The position numbers were made by a program, and so were the translations under genes. This document shows positions 21,110-32,353 of a DNA stretch of 64,000 bases, in pieces. The notes beneath the pieces are model-generated. The model was given only the letters and a program-made list of their open reading frames with translations. It ran no database searches and had not been told where the DNA came from. The first letter of the stretch is position 1. Each line of letters opens with the position of its first letter. The stretch is from assembly GCF_027487935.1 (NCBI RefSeq), contig NZ_JAIYCP010000021.1:63271-127270 (forward strand). The letters run 5' to 3'. Origin of the DNA: Brevundimonas sp. (GTDB lineage Bacteria; Pseudomonadota; Alphaproteobacteria; Caulobacterales; Caulobacteraceae).

Positions 21110-21451
21110 TCAGTCCGGCTCCTCGGGCGGGGTCCAGTTCGGGTCGTTGGTGGGGAACCAGTCGGCGGCGAGGTCGCGCCAGTCGGGGTTTGCTTCCTCG
21201 ATCAGCCTGAGCTTCCAGTCGCGCTTCCATTCCTTGATCTGCTTCTCCCGCCGGATGGCCTCCGTCACCCAGTCAAAGCGCTGGAACCAGACAAGCCCGG
21301 TGCAACCGTACCGTTTGGTGAACCCGTCCAGAATACCGGTTCGGTGCTTCCAGACCCGCGCCGTGAGGTTGGCGGTCATGCCGGTGTAGATCGCGCCGTT
21401 GGGGCGATTGGCCATCATATAGGTCGCGATGAAGGTGCGATGCGTTCCCAT
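21110..21451 (-). CDS. Stand-alone GIY-YIG nuclease family protein
   Basis: TYMMANRPNGAIYTGMT, RVWKH, GFTKRYG, AIRREKQIK, NPDWRDL; 113 aa. Confidence 0.9.
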   Translation of the reverse strand: MGTHRTFIATYMMANRPNGAIYTGMTANLTARVWKHRTGILDGFTKRYGCTGLVWFQRFDWVTEAIRREKQIKEWKRDWKLRLIEEANPDWRDLAADWFPTNDPNWTPPEEPD

Positions 21452-21475
21452 GAAAGCAACCTATACGTTTGTTTT

Positions 21476-21513
21476 CCTTTCGTCATCCGGGCCTTCGCCG
21501 GGATGACGAAAGG
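21476..21513. repeat. CGTC-type REP hairpin
   Basis: CCTTTCGTCATCCGG-gccttcg-CCGGGATGACGAAAGG, near-perfect inverted repeat 24 bp upstream of the GIY-YIG ATG. Confidence 0.85.
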
Positions 21514-21531
21514 GGGGCGGAGAGGTAGTCG

Positions 21532-21963
21532 TCAGAGCTGGCGGGACCTTCGACGGCTGAGCAGGCCGAGACAGAGGAGCGCGCCGGTCAGGCCGACGAG
21601 TAGGACGATAAGGGCCTCGGCGTAGAACTGCGAGTAAATGGCGAAGGGGATCGGCGGGTTCATATTGATCAGCCCGCTCTGTGCGCCCGCCGCGCCGTAA
21701 AGGCCGCCCAGAGCGCCCCAGCCGAAGGCGCCGCCGACGCCGATCCACAGGCGGGGCCGCGCGTCGGCGCGCAGGCTGAGGATCCCGATCGCGGCCGAGA
21801 CGACTGACAGCACCGTGCACGCCATCATCACCAGGTTCAGATGGATCAGTAGGAGCAGCGCGTGGTAGGGCCGCAACTGCGCCAGGGTCATCATCCAGAC
21901 GAGGCCAGCGAGGGCAACAACCCAGGCGATGGCCAGGGCGACAATCAGGATGCGGGTCGTCAT
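21532..21963 (-). CDS. Shortened TolQ/ExbB-like membrane protein (copy B), apparent paralog of 19808-20266
   Basis: Shares LYG...Q...P...YAE.L..L.VGL.GAL..LGL with copy A; about 4 TM segments. Confidence 0.55.
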   Translation of the reverse strand: MTTRILIVALAIAWVVALAGLVWMMTLAQLRPYHALLLLIHLNLVMMACTVLSVVSAAIGILSLRADARPRLWIGVGGAFGWGALGGLYGAAGAQSGLINMNPPIPFAIYSQFYAEALIVLLVGLTGALLCLGLLSRRRSRQL

Positions 21964-22027
21964 GGCCGTGATCCCCTCTGTGGTGATGCAGTACGGTGCG
22001 TCCCGTGCATGAACCTATCCGTCTCGT

Positions 22028-22205
22028 CCCCTTTCGTCATCCCGGGAGCGAGCGCAGCGAGACCCCGGGACCCAGCGGCGCCGAAGGCGACTTGTCCACG
22101 CACGGTGTTTCAGCAGCGGCGCTCCCGACAGGGTCGCGCTCGCGCGCGCCGCTGGGTCCCGGGGTCTGCGCGGCTTCGCCGCTTGCCCCGGGATGACGAA
22201 AGGGG
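22028..22205. repeat. REPIN-like doublet of CGTC REP units
   Basis: Perfect outer 19-bp inverted repeat (22028-22046/22187-22205) and perfect inner 22-bp inverted repeat (22060-22081/22146-22167); abuts clpB stop. Confidence 0.9.
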
Positions 22206-22208
22206 GGG

Positions 22209-24812
<2,604 letters not shown>

Positions 24813-24885
24813 TTGGCTATCCCCTGATGGCGGACTCCGCCGTCGCGCCCTCTGATGCAAGCAACGCGCCGTGCGGCTGCGACTC

Positions 24886-24914
24886 AGGTGGGTGTGACCG
24901 AAACATCACGCAAG
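24886..24914 (-). promoter_or_regulatory. Possible sigma32 promoter of clpB
   Basis: Minus strand CTTG-N18-CCCACCT resembles the RpoH consensus; clpB is an established heat-shock gene. Confidence 0.45.
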
Positions 24915-24944
24915 GGGGTGGGCGGCCGGCCGAAGCCGGCGGGA

Positions 24945-27257
24945 TCACCCGCCGGTGGTCGGGGCCGAGAAGTCGAACTGTTCCGGACGCCGCTGGCCGC
25001 CACCGAAATTCCACGTCAGGCCGATGAAGGCCGCGCGACCGCCGAACACCTGGTCGGCCTGGTCGGTGAAGGTCGGGGTGGTCAGGGTGGTGGTGGAGCC
25101 GAAATCGTCGAACACATCCCGGACCGTCACATTGAGGGACCAGGCGTCGCTCAGTTTGCGACGATAGCCGAGATTGACGAGGGTGGACTGTTCCCGGCTG
25201 CCCTGGGCCAGCAACTGCTCGCCGCCCCAGATGCCGGACACCTGCAGGAAGTCTTCCGGCGTCGGGGTCCAGTTCAGGGTCAGGCGGCCGGCGACGCTTT
25301 CGCCCTCGCTGTCGACCGTGCCGACCAGGCCGGCGGCGTCGATCTGCTGGCGGAAGAGGTTGAGACTGGCGTTGTAGCGCAGGGTCGGGTGCAGGGCACC
25401 GCTGGCCACCAGTTCAAGGCCGGTCGAGGTGCTGGCCCCGAGGTTCTCGGGCCGGGTCAGGAAGACGCCGCCGCCGAGATCGGTCGTGACCGGGGTGAAG
25501 GCGTCGCGGGTGTCCCGGTAGTAGACGGTGGCCTGGTAGAAGGTCTGCTGCTGGCGATAGCCCCAGATCAGCTCCAGCGCGTCCGTCTCCTGCGGCAGGA
25601 GGTTCGGATTGCCGGAGCGGCGGTTCAGATCGTCCTGATAGGTCAGGAAGGGGTTGAGGTCGCCCGGGCCCGGACGCTGGATCCGGCGGCCATAGCTGGC
25701 CCGCAGGGTCTGGGTGTCGTCCAGCTGCCAGGAGACGTTCAGGGTCGGATAGGCGCGGAAATAGTCCTGCGACGACCGCAGGCCGGTGGTGATCTGGTCC
25801 AGCTCCAGGTCGGCCTGTTCGAGGCGCAGGCCGAACTGGGCGGTCAGCTTCTCGCCGAACGGCCGCTCCAGGGTCGCATAGACGGCGTGCACCGTCTGAT
25901 CGAGGTGGAACTCATTGGACACGACGGGGTCGGGGACCAGGTTCGCCGGGGTCGGCCCGCGGGCGAAGAGGTTGTCCTGTTCGAGGGTCAGGGCCTGACG
26001 CTCATAGCCCAGCCGCAGGCGGCCGCCGTCGGCCATGGGCCGGACATAGGCGCTGGTGAAGCCGATCTGGTCCTGGCGGTTCTGGTTGCTCAGAAACTCG
26101 CTGAAGGGAGACGCCACCGGGATCAGCCGGTCGGCCCGGGTGGCGAGGTCGACACCGAAGCGGTTGCGGTCGTAGCGCAGCTCATTGGACCATTCATGGC
26201 CCGCCGCGTCGAACCGGCGCAGGACGCGCGCGCTCGCGCCGGAGAACTGGCCCTGGAAACCGCCGCCGGAGAGGCGGCGATAGGCCGAGGCGATGCCGCC
26301 GCCGGCGGCATCCGCCTCATACAGGTCGAGACTGTCGGCGAAGCTGTCGACGTCCGTATGGCGCACGTCGCCGGTCAGCTGGGTCTTGGCGTCCAGATTG
26401 TGCTCGGCCGCCAGACGGATGAAGACGCTGTCGGAATCGCCCTCGACAGTCTGGCTCTGCCGGGCCTCGAGAAACCGGCCGGACCCGGCGTCGAACCGCG
26501 TCCGCAGCCGCTCGAGCTCCTGCAGATAGGCGTCGTGGCGCACGCCGAAATCGGCGGACAGGGTCGTCGGGCCGTTCACATGCGACAGGCTGCCGCCGAC
26601 ATTGTAGCGGCCGGTGTCGCCGATATTGGCGCGCAGCGAGCCGGTCGTGGTCTGGCCGGGGCGGACCGTGGTCGGCTTGGAGATCAGATTGATCACCCCG
26701 CCCGAGCCCTCGGGGCTGTAGGCGGCGGACGGATTGGTCAGGATTTCGATCCGGGCATACTGGGCGGCCGGAATCTGCTGCAGCAGCTGGCCCCGGCTGG
26801 GTCCGTTGAACTGGCTGGCCGGCCGGCCGTCGACCAGGATGGTGACATTGGCATCGCCGCGCAGGCTGACATTGCCGTCGGGATCGACCTCGACCGAGGG
26901 AATGTTGCGCAGGGCCTCGGCCAGGGTGCCGGTCTGGGCCTGGAGATCGTTGGCGAGGCTGTAGCTGGTGCCCTCGCTGGAGGTGCGGATGTCATTGGGG
27001 CGGGCGGTGACGACCACCTCATCAAGCGACGCAGCCTCGGCGGGCTTTTCGGACTCCGCGGCCGGGGCCTGCGCCTGCGCCTGCGGGGCCTGAGCCGGAG
27101 CCGGAGCCGGGGTTTGGGCCGGAGCGGGTGCCGGAGTCGGGGCCGGATTCTGGGCGGGCGTCGGGGCCGGCGTCTGGGCCGGCATCTGGGCGAAGGCAGC
27201 ACCGGACGTGGTGGCCAGGGCCGTGCCGACCAGCAGCAGGAAGCGGATGGAAGTCAT
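24945..27257 (-). CDS. TonB-dependent receptor / outer-membrane beta-barrel with Pro-Ala-rich N-terminal linker
   Basis: Signal MTSIRFLLLVGTALA, TonB box DEVVVTA, plug ALRNIPSV...IEILTNPSAAY..EGSGGVINL; ATG 27257 chosen. Confidence 0.9.
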   Translation of the reverse strand: MTSIRFLLLVGTALATTSGAAFAQMPAQTPAPTPAQNPAPTPAPAPAQTPAPAPAQAPQAQAQAPAAESEKPAEAASLDEVVVTARPNDIRTSSEGTSYSLANDLQAQTGTLAEALRNIPSVEVDPDGNVSLRGDANVTILVDGRPASQFNGPSRGQLLQQIPAAQYARIEILTNPSAAYSPEGSGGVINLISKPTTVRPGQTTTGSLRANIGDTGRYNVGGSLSHVNGPTTLSADFGVRHDAYLQELERLRTRFDAGSGRFLEARQSQTVEGDSDSVFIRLAAEHNLDAKTQLTGDVRHTDVDSFADSLDLYEADAAGGGIASAYRRLSGGGFQGQFSGASARVLRRFDAAGHEWSNELRYDRNRFGVDLATRADRLIPVASPFSEFLSNQNRQDQIGFTSAYVRPMADGGRLRLGYERQALTLEQDNLFARGPTPANLVPDPVVSNEFHLDQTVHAVYATLERPFGEKLTAQFGLRLEQADLELDQITTGLRSSQDYFRAYPTLNVSWQLDDTQTLRASYGRRIQRPGPGDLNPFLTYQDDLNRRSGNPNLLPQETDALELIWGYRQQQTFYQATVYYRDTRDAFTPVTTDLGGGVFLTRPENLGASTSTGLELVASGALHPTLRYNASLNLFRQQIDAAGLVGTVDSEGESVAGRLTLNWTPTPEDFLQVSGIWGGEQLLAQGSREQSTLVNLGYRRKLSDAWSLNVTVRDVFDDFGSTTTLTTPTFTDQADQVFGGRAAFIGLTWNFGGGQRRPEQFDFSAPTTGG

Positions 27258-27401
27258 ATCGGGCACCCCGGACGTGGAGCAGGCCGACAGGGCCCGATCC
27301 TTTTCAGGCGCGGTACCAGCCTTGCCGGGGGTCAGGACAGTTACTTCCCGGTAATCCCGGGCTCGGCGACGGATTGTCGCGCGCAAAGGCAGAAGCCCGA
27401 C

Positions 27402-27417
27402 CCGTTGTGCGCAACGG
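27402..27417. promoter_or_regulatory. Palindrome between divergent receptor and TPR genes
   Basis: CCGTTG-tgcg-CAACGG. Confidence 0.35.
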
Positions 27418-27465
27418 TCAAACCCGCGAAACTGTTCCTTGAGGACGAGGGGAGGAGACGACGGC

Positions 27466-29412
27466 TTGGCCAAACGACCACGCGCAACGGCAAGGGCTTC
27501 GGCCCCCACCACACCCGATCCGGTCGAGATCGCCATGGAGATCGCCGCCACGGGCAAGACCCCGGCGGAGGCGGCCATGGCGGTGCTTCACGCCAATGCC
27601 GCGCTCCTGACGCATCAGGGCGTGCTGGCGCGCAACGAGATCTTCCGCAACCGCATCCGCTCCATCCGCGACATCGCCATCGCCGCCATGGTCGTCGCCC
27701 TCGTGGTGGCGGTCGGGGCCGTGGTGTGGAGCGCCAGCCGGACGACCGGTCTGGTGATCCAGCCCTTTTCGGTGCCGCCGGAGCTGGTCGAGGACGGTCT
27801 GGACGGCCGCGCCGTCGCCGCCCTGTTCCAGGACGAACTGGTCCGGCTGGACGCGGTCAGCCAATCAGCCCGCCCGCCGGCGAGTTTCCGCAACGACTGG
27901 TCCGAGGGCATTACTGTCGAGGTCGAGGCGGGGGGTCTGTCCCTGACCGACACCTACCGCGCTCTGGTCCGCTTGCTGGGCAAGGAATCCTATGTCGACG
28001 GAGGTCTCAGCCGAACCACCCGCGGACTTGAACTGGTGATCCGCACCAGCGACGGCACAGCGGTCACGGTGCAGGGGCCAGCCGATCGTCCGGCCGATCT
28101 GATGCGGCAGGCGGCCGAGCGTTTCTATGAGGAGACCCAGCCCTATCGCTATGCGATCTACCTCCAGAACAGCGCGATATCCCTCGCCGCCGGTCCGGAG
28201 CAACAGGCACTGCTGGACCGCAGGCGGGCCATCCTGAAGACGCTTTCGTCCAGTCCAACAGAGATCGAACGGCTCTGGGGCAACAATGGTCTGGCAGTGT
28301 CTACGAGTGTATTGCCGCAGGATTCGATCTCGTTTCTGCAAGTCGGCCTGAAGATCGACGCGGAACACCCCCTGTTGCTGTTCAACCTCGCGAGTTTCCG
28401 GCTCCTACTCGGCCACGACGAGGCGGTTCTGTTCGAAGCCCAGCGTGCCGCAGAATCTCTTTCCAAGCCGCGCAACCGCGCCAAACTAAGCGCAGGGCGG
28501 CAGGTATCCATTCCGCTTCGAGCGCAGGCCAGGCTTGCGGAACTGCGGGGGGACTGGTCAGAGGCGCTCAGGGTCAGAACGAAGGGTGGGTCAGAGATCA
28601 CAGATCAATTTTGGGAGGACAACGTTCGGGATCTGGTCAGCACTCTGATCGCCCTGCACCAACCCTCTGAGGCCTCAGCCCTTAGCCACAGCCTGAATCT
28701 CTACCCTGGAACAAACATCTATTGGATGAACCTCACGCCACCGTTCGCGCCCCTGGCCGAGGCGGCGGCGAGCCTGGACCAGTGGCCACAGGCCCTGGCG
28801 GCGCTGGAGGCCTTCGAGTCGGAGGTGGCCCCGACCCTGCCCCTGCGCGCCAGCGCGGCCCGCGCGACCTTCATCTGGCCCCGCCTCGCCTATGCCCGGG
28901 CACGGACCGGCGATCTGGCCGGGGCCCAGGCGCTGATCGCGGCCACGCCGCTGGACTGCTACCTGTGTGTGCGCGAGCGGGCGCGGATCGCGGAGCTGGC
29001 GGGGGATCGGGCGGCGGCGGACCGCTGGTCGGCCGAGGCGCGGCGGCAGGGACCGTCCCTGCCCTTCGCCTTCGCCGAGCGGGGCCAGATGCTGATGGCG
29101 CGCGGCGACACCGCCGGGGCCATCGACTTCTACGAACAGGCCATCGAGCGCGGCCCCCGCTGGGCCGATCCGCAGAAATACTGGGGCGACGCCCTGATGG
29201 CGCAGGGCGACGAGGCCGGTGCGATCCGCAAATACCGCGCCGCCGCCGACCGCGCCCCCCGCTGGGGCGCCCTGCACCTGGCCTGGGGCCGGGCGCTGGA
29301 GGCACAAGGCCGCCGCGATCAGGCCCGTGAGAAGTATGAGCAGGCCTTCCGCATGGACCTGTCCGCCACCGACCGGGCCGAGGTGGTGCGCAGGTTGGGG
29401 GCGAGGACATAG
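27466..29412 (+). CDS. Membrane-anchored TPR protein 1
   Basis: TM helix (IAIAAMVVALVVAVGAVVW), TPR-like C-terminus (WGDALMAQG, WGRALEAQG); TTG 27466 follows GGAGGAG. Confidence 0.85.
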   Translation: MAKRPRATARASAPTTPDPVEIAMEIAATGKTPAEAAMAVLHANAALLTHQGVLARNEIFRNRIRSIRDIAIAAMVVALVVAVGAVVWSASRTTGLVIQPFSVPPELVEDGLDGRAVAALFQDELVRLDAVSQSARPPASFRNDWSEGITVEVEAGGLSLTDTYRALVRLLGKESYVDGGLSRTTRGLELVIRTSDGTAVTVQGPADRPADLMRQAAERFYEETQPYRYAIYLQNSAISLAAGPEQQALLDRRRAILKTLSSSPTEIERLWGNNGLAVSTSVLPQDSISFLQVGLKIDAEHPLLLFNLASFRLLLGHDEAVLFEAQRAAESLSKPRNRAKLSAGRQVSIPLRAQARLAELRGDWSEALRVRTKGGSEITDQFWEDNVRDLVSTLIALHQPSEASALSHSLNLYPGTNIYWMNLTPPFAPLAEAAASLDQWPQALAALEAFESEVAPTLPLRASAARATFIWPRLAYARARTGDLAGAQALIAATPLDCYLCVRERARIAELAGDRAAADRWSAEARRQGPSLPFAFAERGQMLMARGDTAGAIDFYEQAIERGPRWADPQKYWGDALMAQGDEAGAIRKYRAAADRAPRWGALHLAWGRALEAQGRRDQAREKYEQAFRMDLSATDRAEVVRRLGART

Positions 29413-29414
29413 CC

Positions 29415-31391
29415 ATGACCGACACAAACAAGCCGACCGGCCAGTCCCGGCGTCCGCGACCGGCCGCCCCCACCACGCCTGATCCGGTGGAGATCGCCAT
29501 GGAGATCGCCGCCAGCGGCCAGACGCCCGGCGATGCTGCGTTGGAGGTTCTGCGCATCAATGCCGCCCTGATGCGCGAGCAGATCGATGTCGCCCGTGAA
29601 GAGGCCAACCTGTCCCGCGAACAGATCGGTCTGGCCCGCAACGAGCGGTTCCGGAACCGGATCAAGGCGGTGCGGGACATCGCCATTGCCGTCGTCGTTC
29701 TTCTGCTCGCAGCGGGCGTGATCGGTTTCGTCTGGAATGCCCGACAGGCCAGTGGGCTGGTCATCCAGCCGCTGTCGACGCCGCCGGATCTGGCCCAGCG
29801 CGGGCTGGATAGCCGGGCCGTTTCCTCGCAACTGCTGGACCGGCTCAACCGGCTTCAGGCGGAGACGGATTCGATCCGCGCGGCCAACACCTATGCCAAC
29901 AACTGGCAGGGGGACGTCAGCGTGGAAATCCCCTCCACGGGCGTTTCCATCGGCGAGCTGGATCACTGGCTGCGAGGGACACTGGGTCGCGAGACGGTCA
30001 TCTCCGGCGAGGTGACGCGGGCGGGTGAAAGCCTGTCGATGAAGGTGCGAACCCCGGCAGGGGGCGGTCGCACCATCGTCAGCCCGACCGGTGATCTGGA
30101 CGCCCTGGTTCAGGGCGCCGCCGAGGCCATCTATGAGATGACCCAGCCCTATCGCTATGCGATCTACCTTCGGGGCGCGGGACGGCGAGACGAGGGGCTG
30201 GCCGTCTTGAGGAAGCTCGCCGCTTCAGGGGCGCCGCTGGATCGCGCCTATGCCAATTTGGGCCTCGGGGTGGACCTGGACAGACAGGGTTATTTCGATC
30301 AGGGCATGGTTCGTTACAGGCGCGCGCTCGAAATCGATCCCGATTTCGCGCCGGCGGAGAACAATCTGGCGGCCATATACGATATGGTCGGCGATACAGA
30401 ACGCGCGCTGGCCAGTTCGAACCGGCTCGTTCGCATCCTGAATGGGCCCGGCCGCCGAGTCCTTCAGCCGGGCCCGGCCGAGGTTACGGAGATCGTCAAC
30501 CGGGCCTTTATCGCCGACTATCAGGGAGATGCGGCGGCCGCCGCTGACCTGGTTGGAACGCTGGCCGGCAAACAGGAATACGCGGGAATTGTTCAGGCCG
30601 CCCCCTTGCATCAGGCCAGCCTTCTGGTTGCCGCACATGACCTCGGCCGGGCCAGAAGGGTCCTGGTGGACGTCGGGGTCGCGTCGGCGGTCCAGAGTTA
30701 CCGCATCACCGGGGTGTACTACGATCTGTCGATCCCAACGGCCGACCTTCTGATAGCGCGCGAACTGTGGCCTCAGGCCCTGGCGGAGCTGCAGGCCTGG
30801 GAGGGCCTGGTGAGCCGCCCCGACCATGTCGCGCAGATACCGATAGTGATCTGGCCCCGGATGGCTGAGGTCATGGCGCGGATGGGGCGGCTGGACGAAG
30901 CCGTTGCCCTGGTCGGGCGGACGCCGACCGACTGCTATCCCTGCCTCACGGCACGGGCGCGGATCGCGGAACTGGCCGGAGACAGACCCGCCGCCGACCG
31001 TTGGTCGGCCGAGGCGCGGCGGCAGGGGCCGTCGCTGCCGTTCGCCTTCGCCGAGCGCGGCCAGATGCTGATGGCGCGCGGCGATGTGGCCGGGGCCATC
31101 GATTTCTACGAACTGGCCATCGAACGCGGCCCTCGCTGGGCGGACCCTCAAAAGTACTGGGGCGACGCCCTGATGGCCCGGGGTGACGCGGCCGGGGCGA
31201 TCCGCAAATACCGCGCCGCCGCCGACCGGGCTCCGCAGTGGGGCGCGTTGCATTTGGCCTGGGGCCGGGCGCTGGAGGCGCAAGGAAGGCGCGATCAGGC
31301 CCGTGAGAAATATGAGGAGGCCGCCCGCCTGGACCTGTCCGCCACTGATCGGGCCGAGGTGGTGCGGCGGTTGGGGGTCCGGCCGGGATGA
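29415..31391 (+). CDS. Membrane-anchored TPR protein 2, tandem paralog
   Basis: Same architecture; shares PTTPDPVEIAMEIAA and a near-identical last approx. 145 aa with protein 1. Confidence 0.88.
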   Translation: MTDTNKPTGQSRRPRPAAPTTPDPVEIAMEIAASGQTPGDAALEVLRINAALMREQIDVAREEANLSREQIGLARNERFRNRIKAVRDIAIAVVVLLLAAGVIGFVWNARQASGLVIQPLSTPPDLAQRGLDSRAVSSQLLDRLNRLQAETDSIRAANTYANNWQGDVSVEIPSTGVSIGELDHWLRGTLGRETVISGEVTRAGESLSMKVRTPAGGGRTIVSPTGDLDALVQGAAEAIYEMTQPYRYAIYLRGAGRRDEGLAVLRKLAASGAPLDRAYANLGLGVDLDRQGYFDQGMVRYRRALEIDPDFAPAENNLAAIYDMVGDTERALASSNRLVRILNGPGRRVLQPGPAEVTEIVNRAFIADYQGDAAAAADLVGTLAGKQEYAGIVQAAPLHQASLLVAAHDLGRARRVLVDVGVASAVQSYRITGVYYDLSIPTADLLIARELWPQALAELQAWEGLVSRPDHVAQIPIVIWPRMAEVMARMGRLDEAVALVGRTPTDCYPCLTARARIAELAGDRPAADRWSAEARRQGPSLPFAFAERGQMLMARGDVAGAIDFYELAIERGPRWADPQKYWGDALMARGDAAGAIRKYRAAADRAPQWGALHLAWGRALEAQGRRDQAREKYEEAARLDLSATDRAEVVRRLGVRPG

Positions 31392-32035
31392 TCCCCCACA
31401 CAGCCTGGCCCGTCGATCCTGCCGTCATCCTGCCCTTCCTGCTGGCGGTGGCCCTGATCGAGCTGACGCCGGGGCCGAACATGGGTTGGCTGGCGCTGGT
31501 GTCTCTGGGGCGCGGGCGGTGGGCGGGGTTTGCGGCGGTCGCCGGGGTGACGGTCGGGCTGGCGGTGTGGATGCTGGCCGCGGCCTTCGGCCTGACACAG
31601 GTCCTGCTGATCTGGCCGCCGCTGTTCCAGATCATCCGCTGGGCCGGGGTGGTGTTCCTGCTGTGGCTGGCCTGGGAGGCCTGGCGCGGCGACAGCGATC
31701 CCGCGGCCCCGGACGGTCCCGACCACCGGACGATGCGCGGCCTGTTCCTGCGCGGGATGACCGGCAATCTGCTCAATCCCAAGGCGGCGGTCTTCTATGT
31801 CGCCCTGCTGCCGACCTTCATGCGGCCCGATCATGGGTCGCCGCTGGTGCAGGCGCTGAGTCTCGGCGGCCTGCATCTGGCCGTGGCGGTCGTGGTGCAT
31901 GCCCTGATCGTGCTGGGCGCGGCCGGGGCGAGTGGCGCGGTCCTGACGCGGGTACAGGGGCCGGTGCTGCGCGCCGTCATGGCCGGCGGCATCGCCCTGG
32001 TGGCACTGTGGATGGCGTGGGAGACGCGGGGCTAG
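31388..32035 (+). CDS. LysE/RhtB family translocator
   Basis: IELTPGPNM, LLNPKAAVFY; 4-bp overlap with TPR gene 2. Confidence 0.92.
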   Translation: MIPHTAWPVDPAVILPFLLAVALIELTPGPNMGWLALVSLGRGRWAGFAAVAGVTVGLAVWMLAAAFGLTQVLLIWPPLFQIIRWAGVVFLLWLAWEAWRGDSDPAAPDGPDHRTMRGLFLRGMTGNLLNPKAAVFYVALLPTFMRPDHGSPLVQALSLGGLHLAVAVVVHALIVLGAAGASGAVLTRVQGPVLRAVMAGGIALVALWMAWETRG

Positions 32036-32060
32036 GGCGGGCGCCGAGGCGGACAGGGCT

Positions 32061-32257
32061 GGTTCGTCACAACGGACACAACGCAGGGCACAACGGACAC
32101 AGCGGGTGCTGCGCGGATGCCCGGACCCACCGGGGCTGGGCTGGAACAATGCGGCGTCCGCCGCGATTTCAAGTCCGCCGGAGATGACACCGAACTTAAC
32201 GGAGCTCCGGTCCCGTTGTGTGCGTTGTGCCCTGCGTTGTGTCCGTTGTGATGAACC
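32061..32257. repeat. 197-bp element with 46-bp terminal inverted repeats (MITE-like or RNA hairpin)
   Basis: Arms 32061-32106 and 32212-32257 match at 43/46 positions and contain repeated CACAACG. Confidence 0.85.
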
Positions 32258-32353
32258 TGACCACCACCGCACTCCACCAAAGACGCGACGGCCGGTTCAA
32301 CTCCGCGGTTGATTGCTCTAGCGTCCGCACCTAACCTGTCCGGAGTGCCCCTT

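Noticed and set aside
21110-21451. GIY-YIG gene as homing endonuclease, UvrC or IS transposase
   Set aside because: Only 113 aa, no intron or intein context, no extra DNA-binding or UvrC domains, no DDE/HUH motif.
27040-27190. PAQT/PAPA tandem repeats in the receptor, and AP-rich stretches in SucB and SucA
   Set aside because: Ordinary flexible Pro/Ala linkers within coding sequence.
24855-28031. 1058-aa + strand ORF and other long antisense ORFs (e.g. 3524-5443, 5305-7266, 22746-24827, 56620-58518)
   Set aside because: They shadow well-supported genes on the opposite strand, have no recognisable motifs, and are expected in high-GC DNA with strong codon bias.
27466-31391. TPR pair as a diversity-generating retroelement target/template
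   Set aside because: No reverse transcriptase in the window, and differences between the C-terminal copies are mainly synonymous, not adenine-specific.
32061-32257. CACAACG repeats as a mini CRISPR array
   Set aside because: Units are 7-12 nt with no unique spacers, are arranged as inverted arms, and no cas genes are present.
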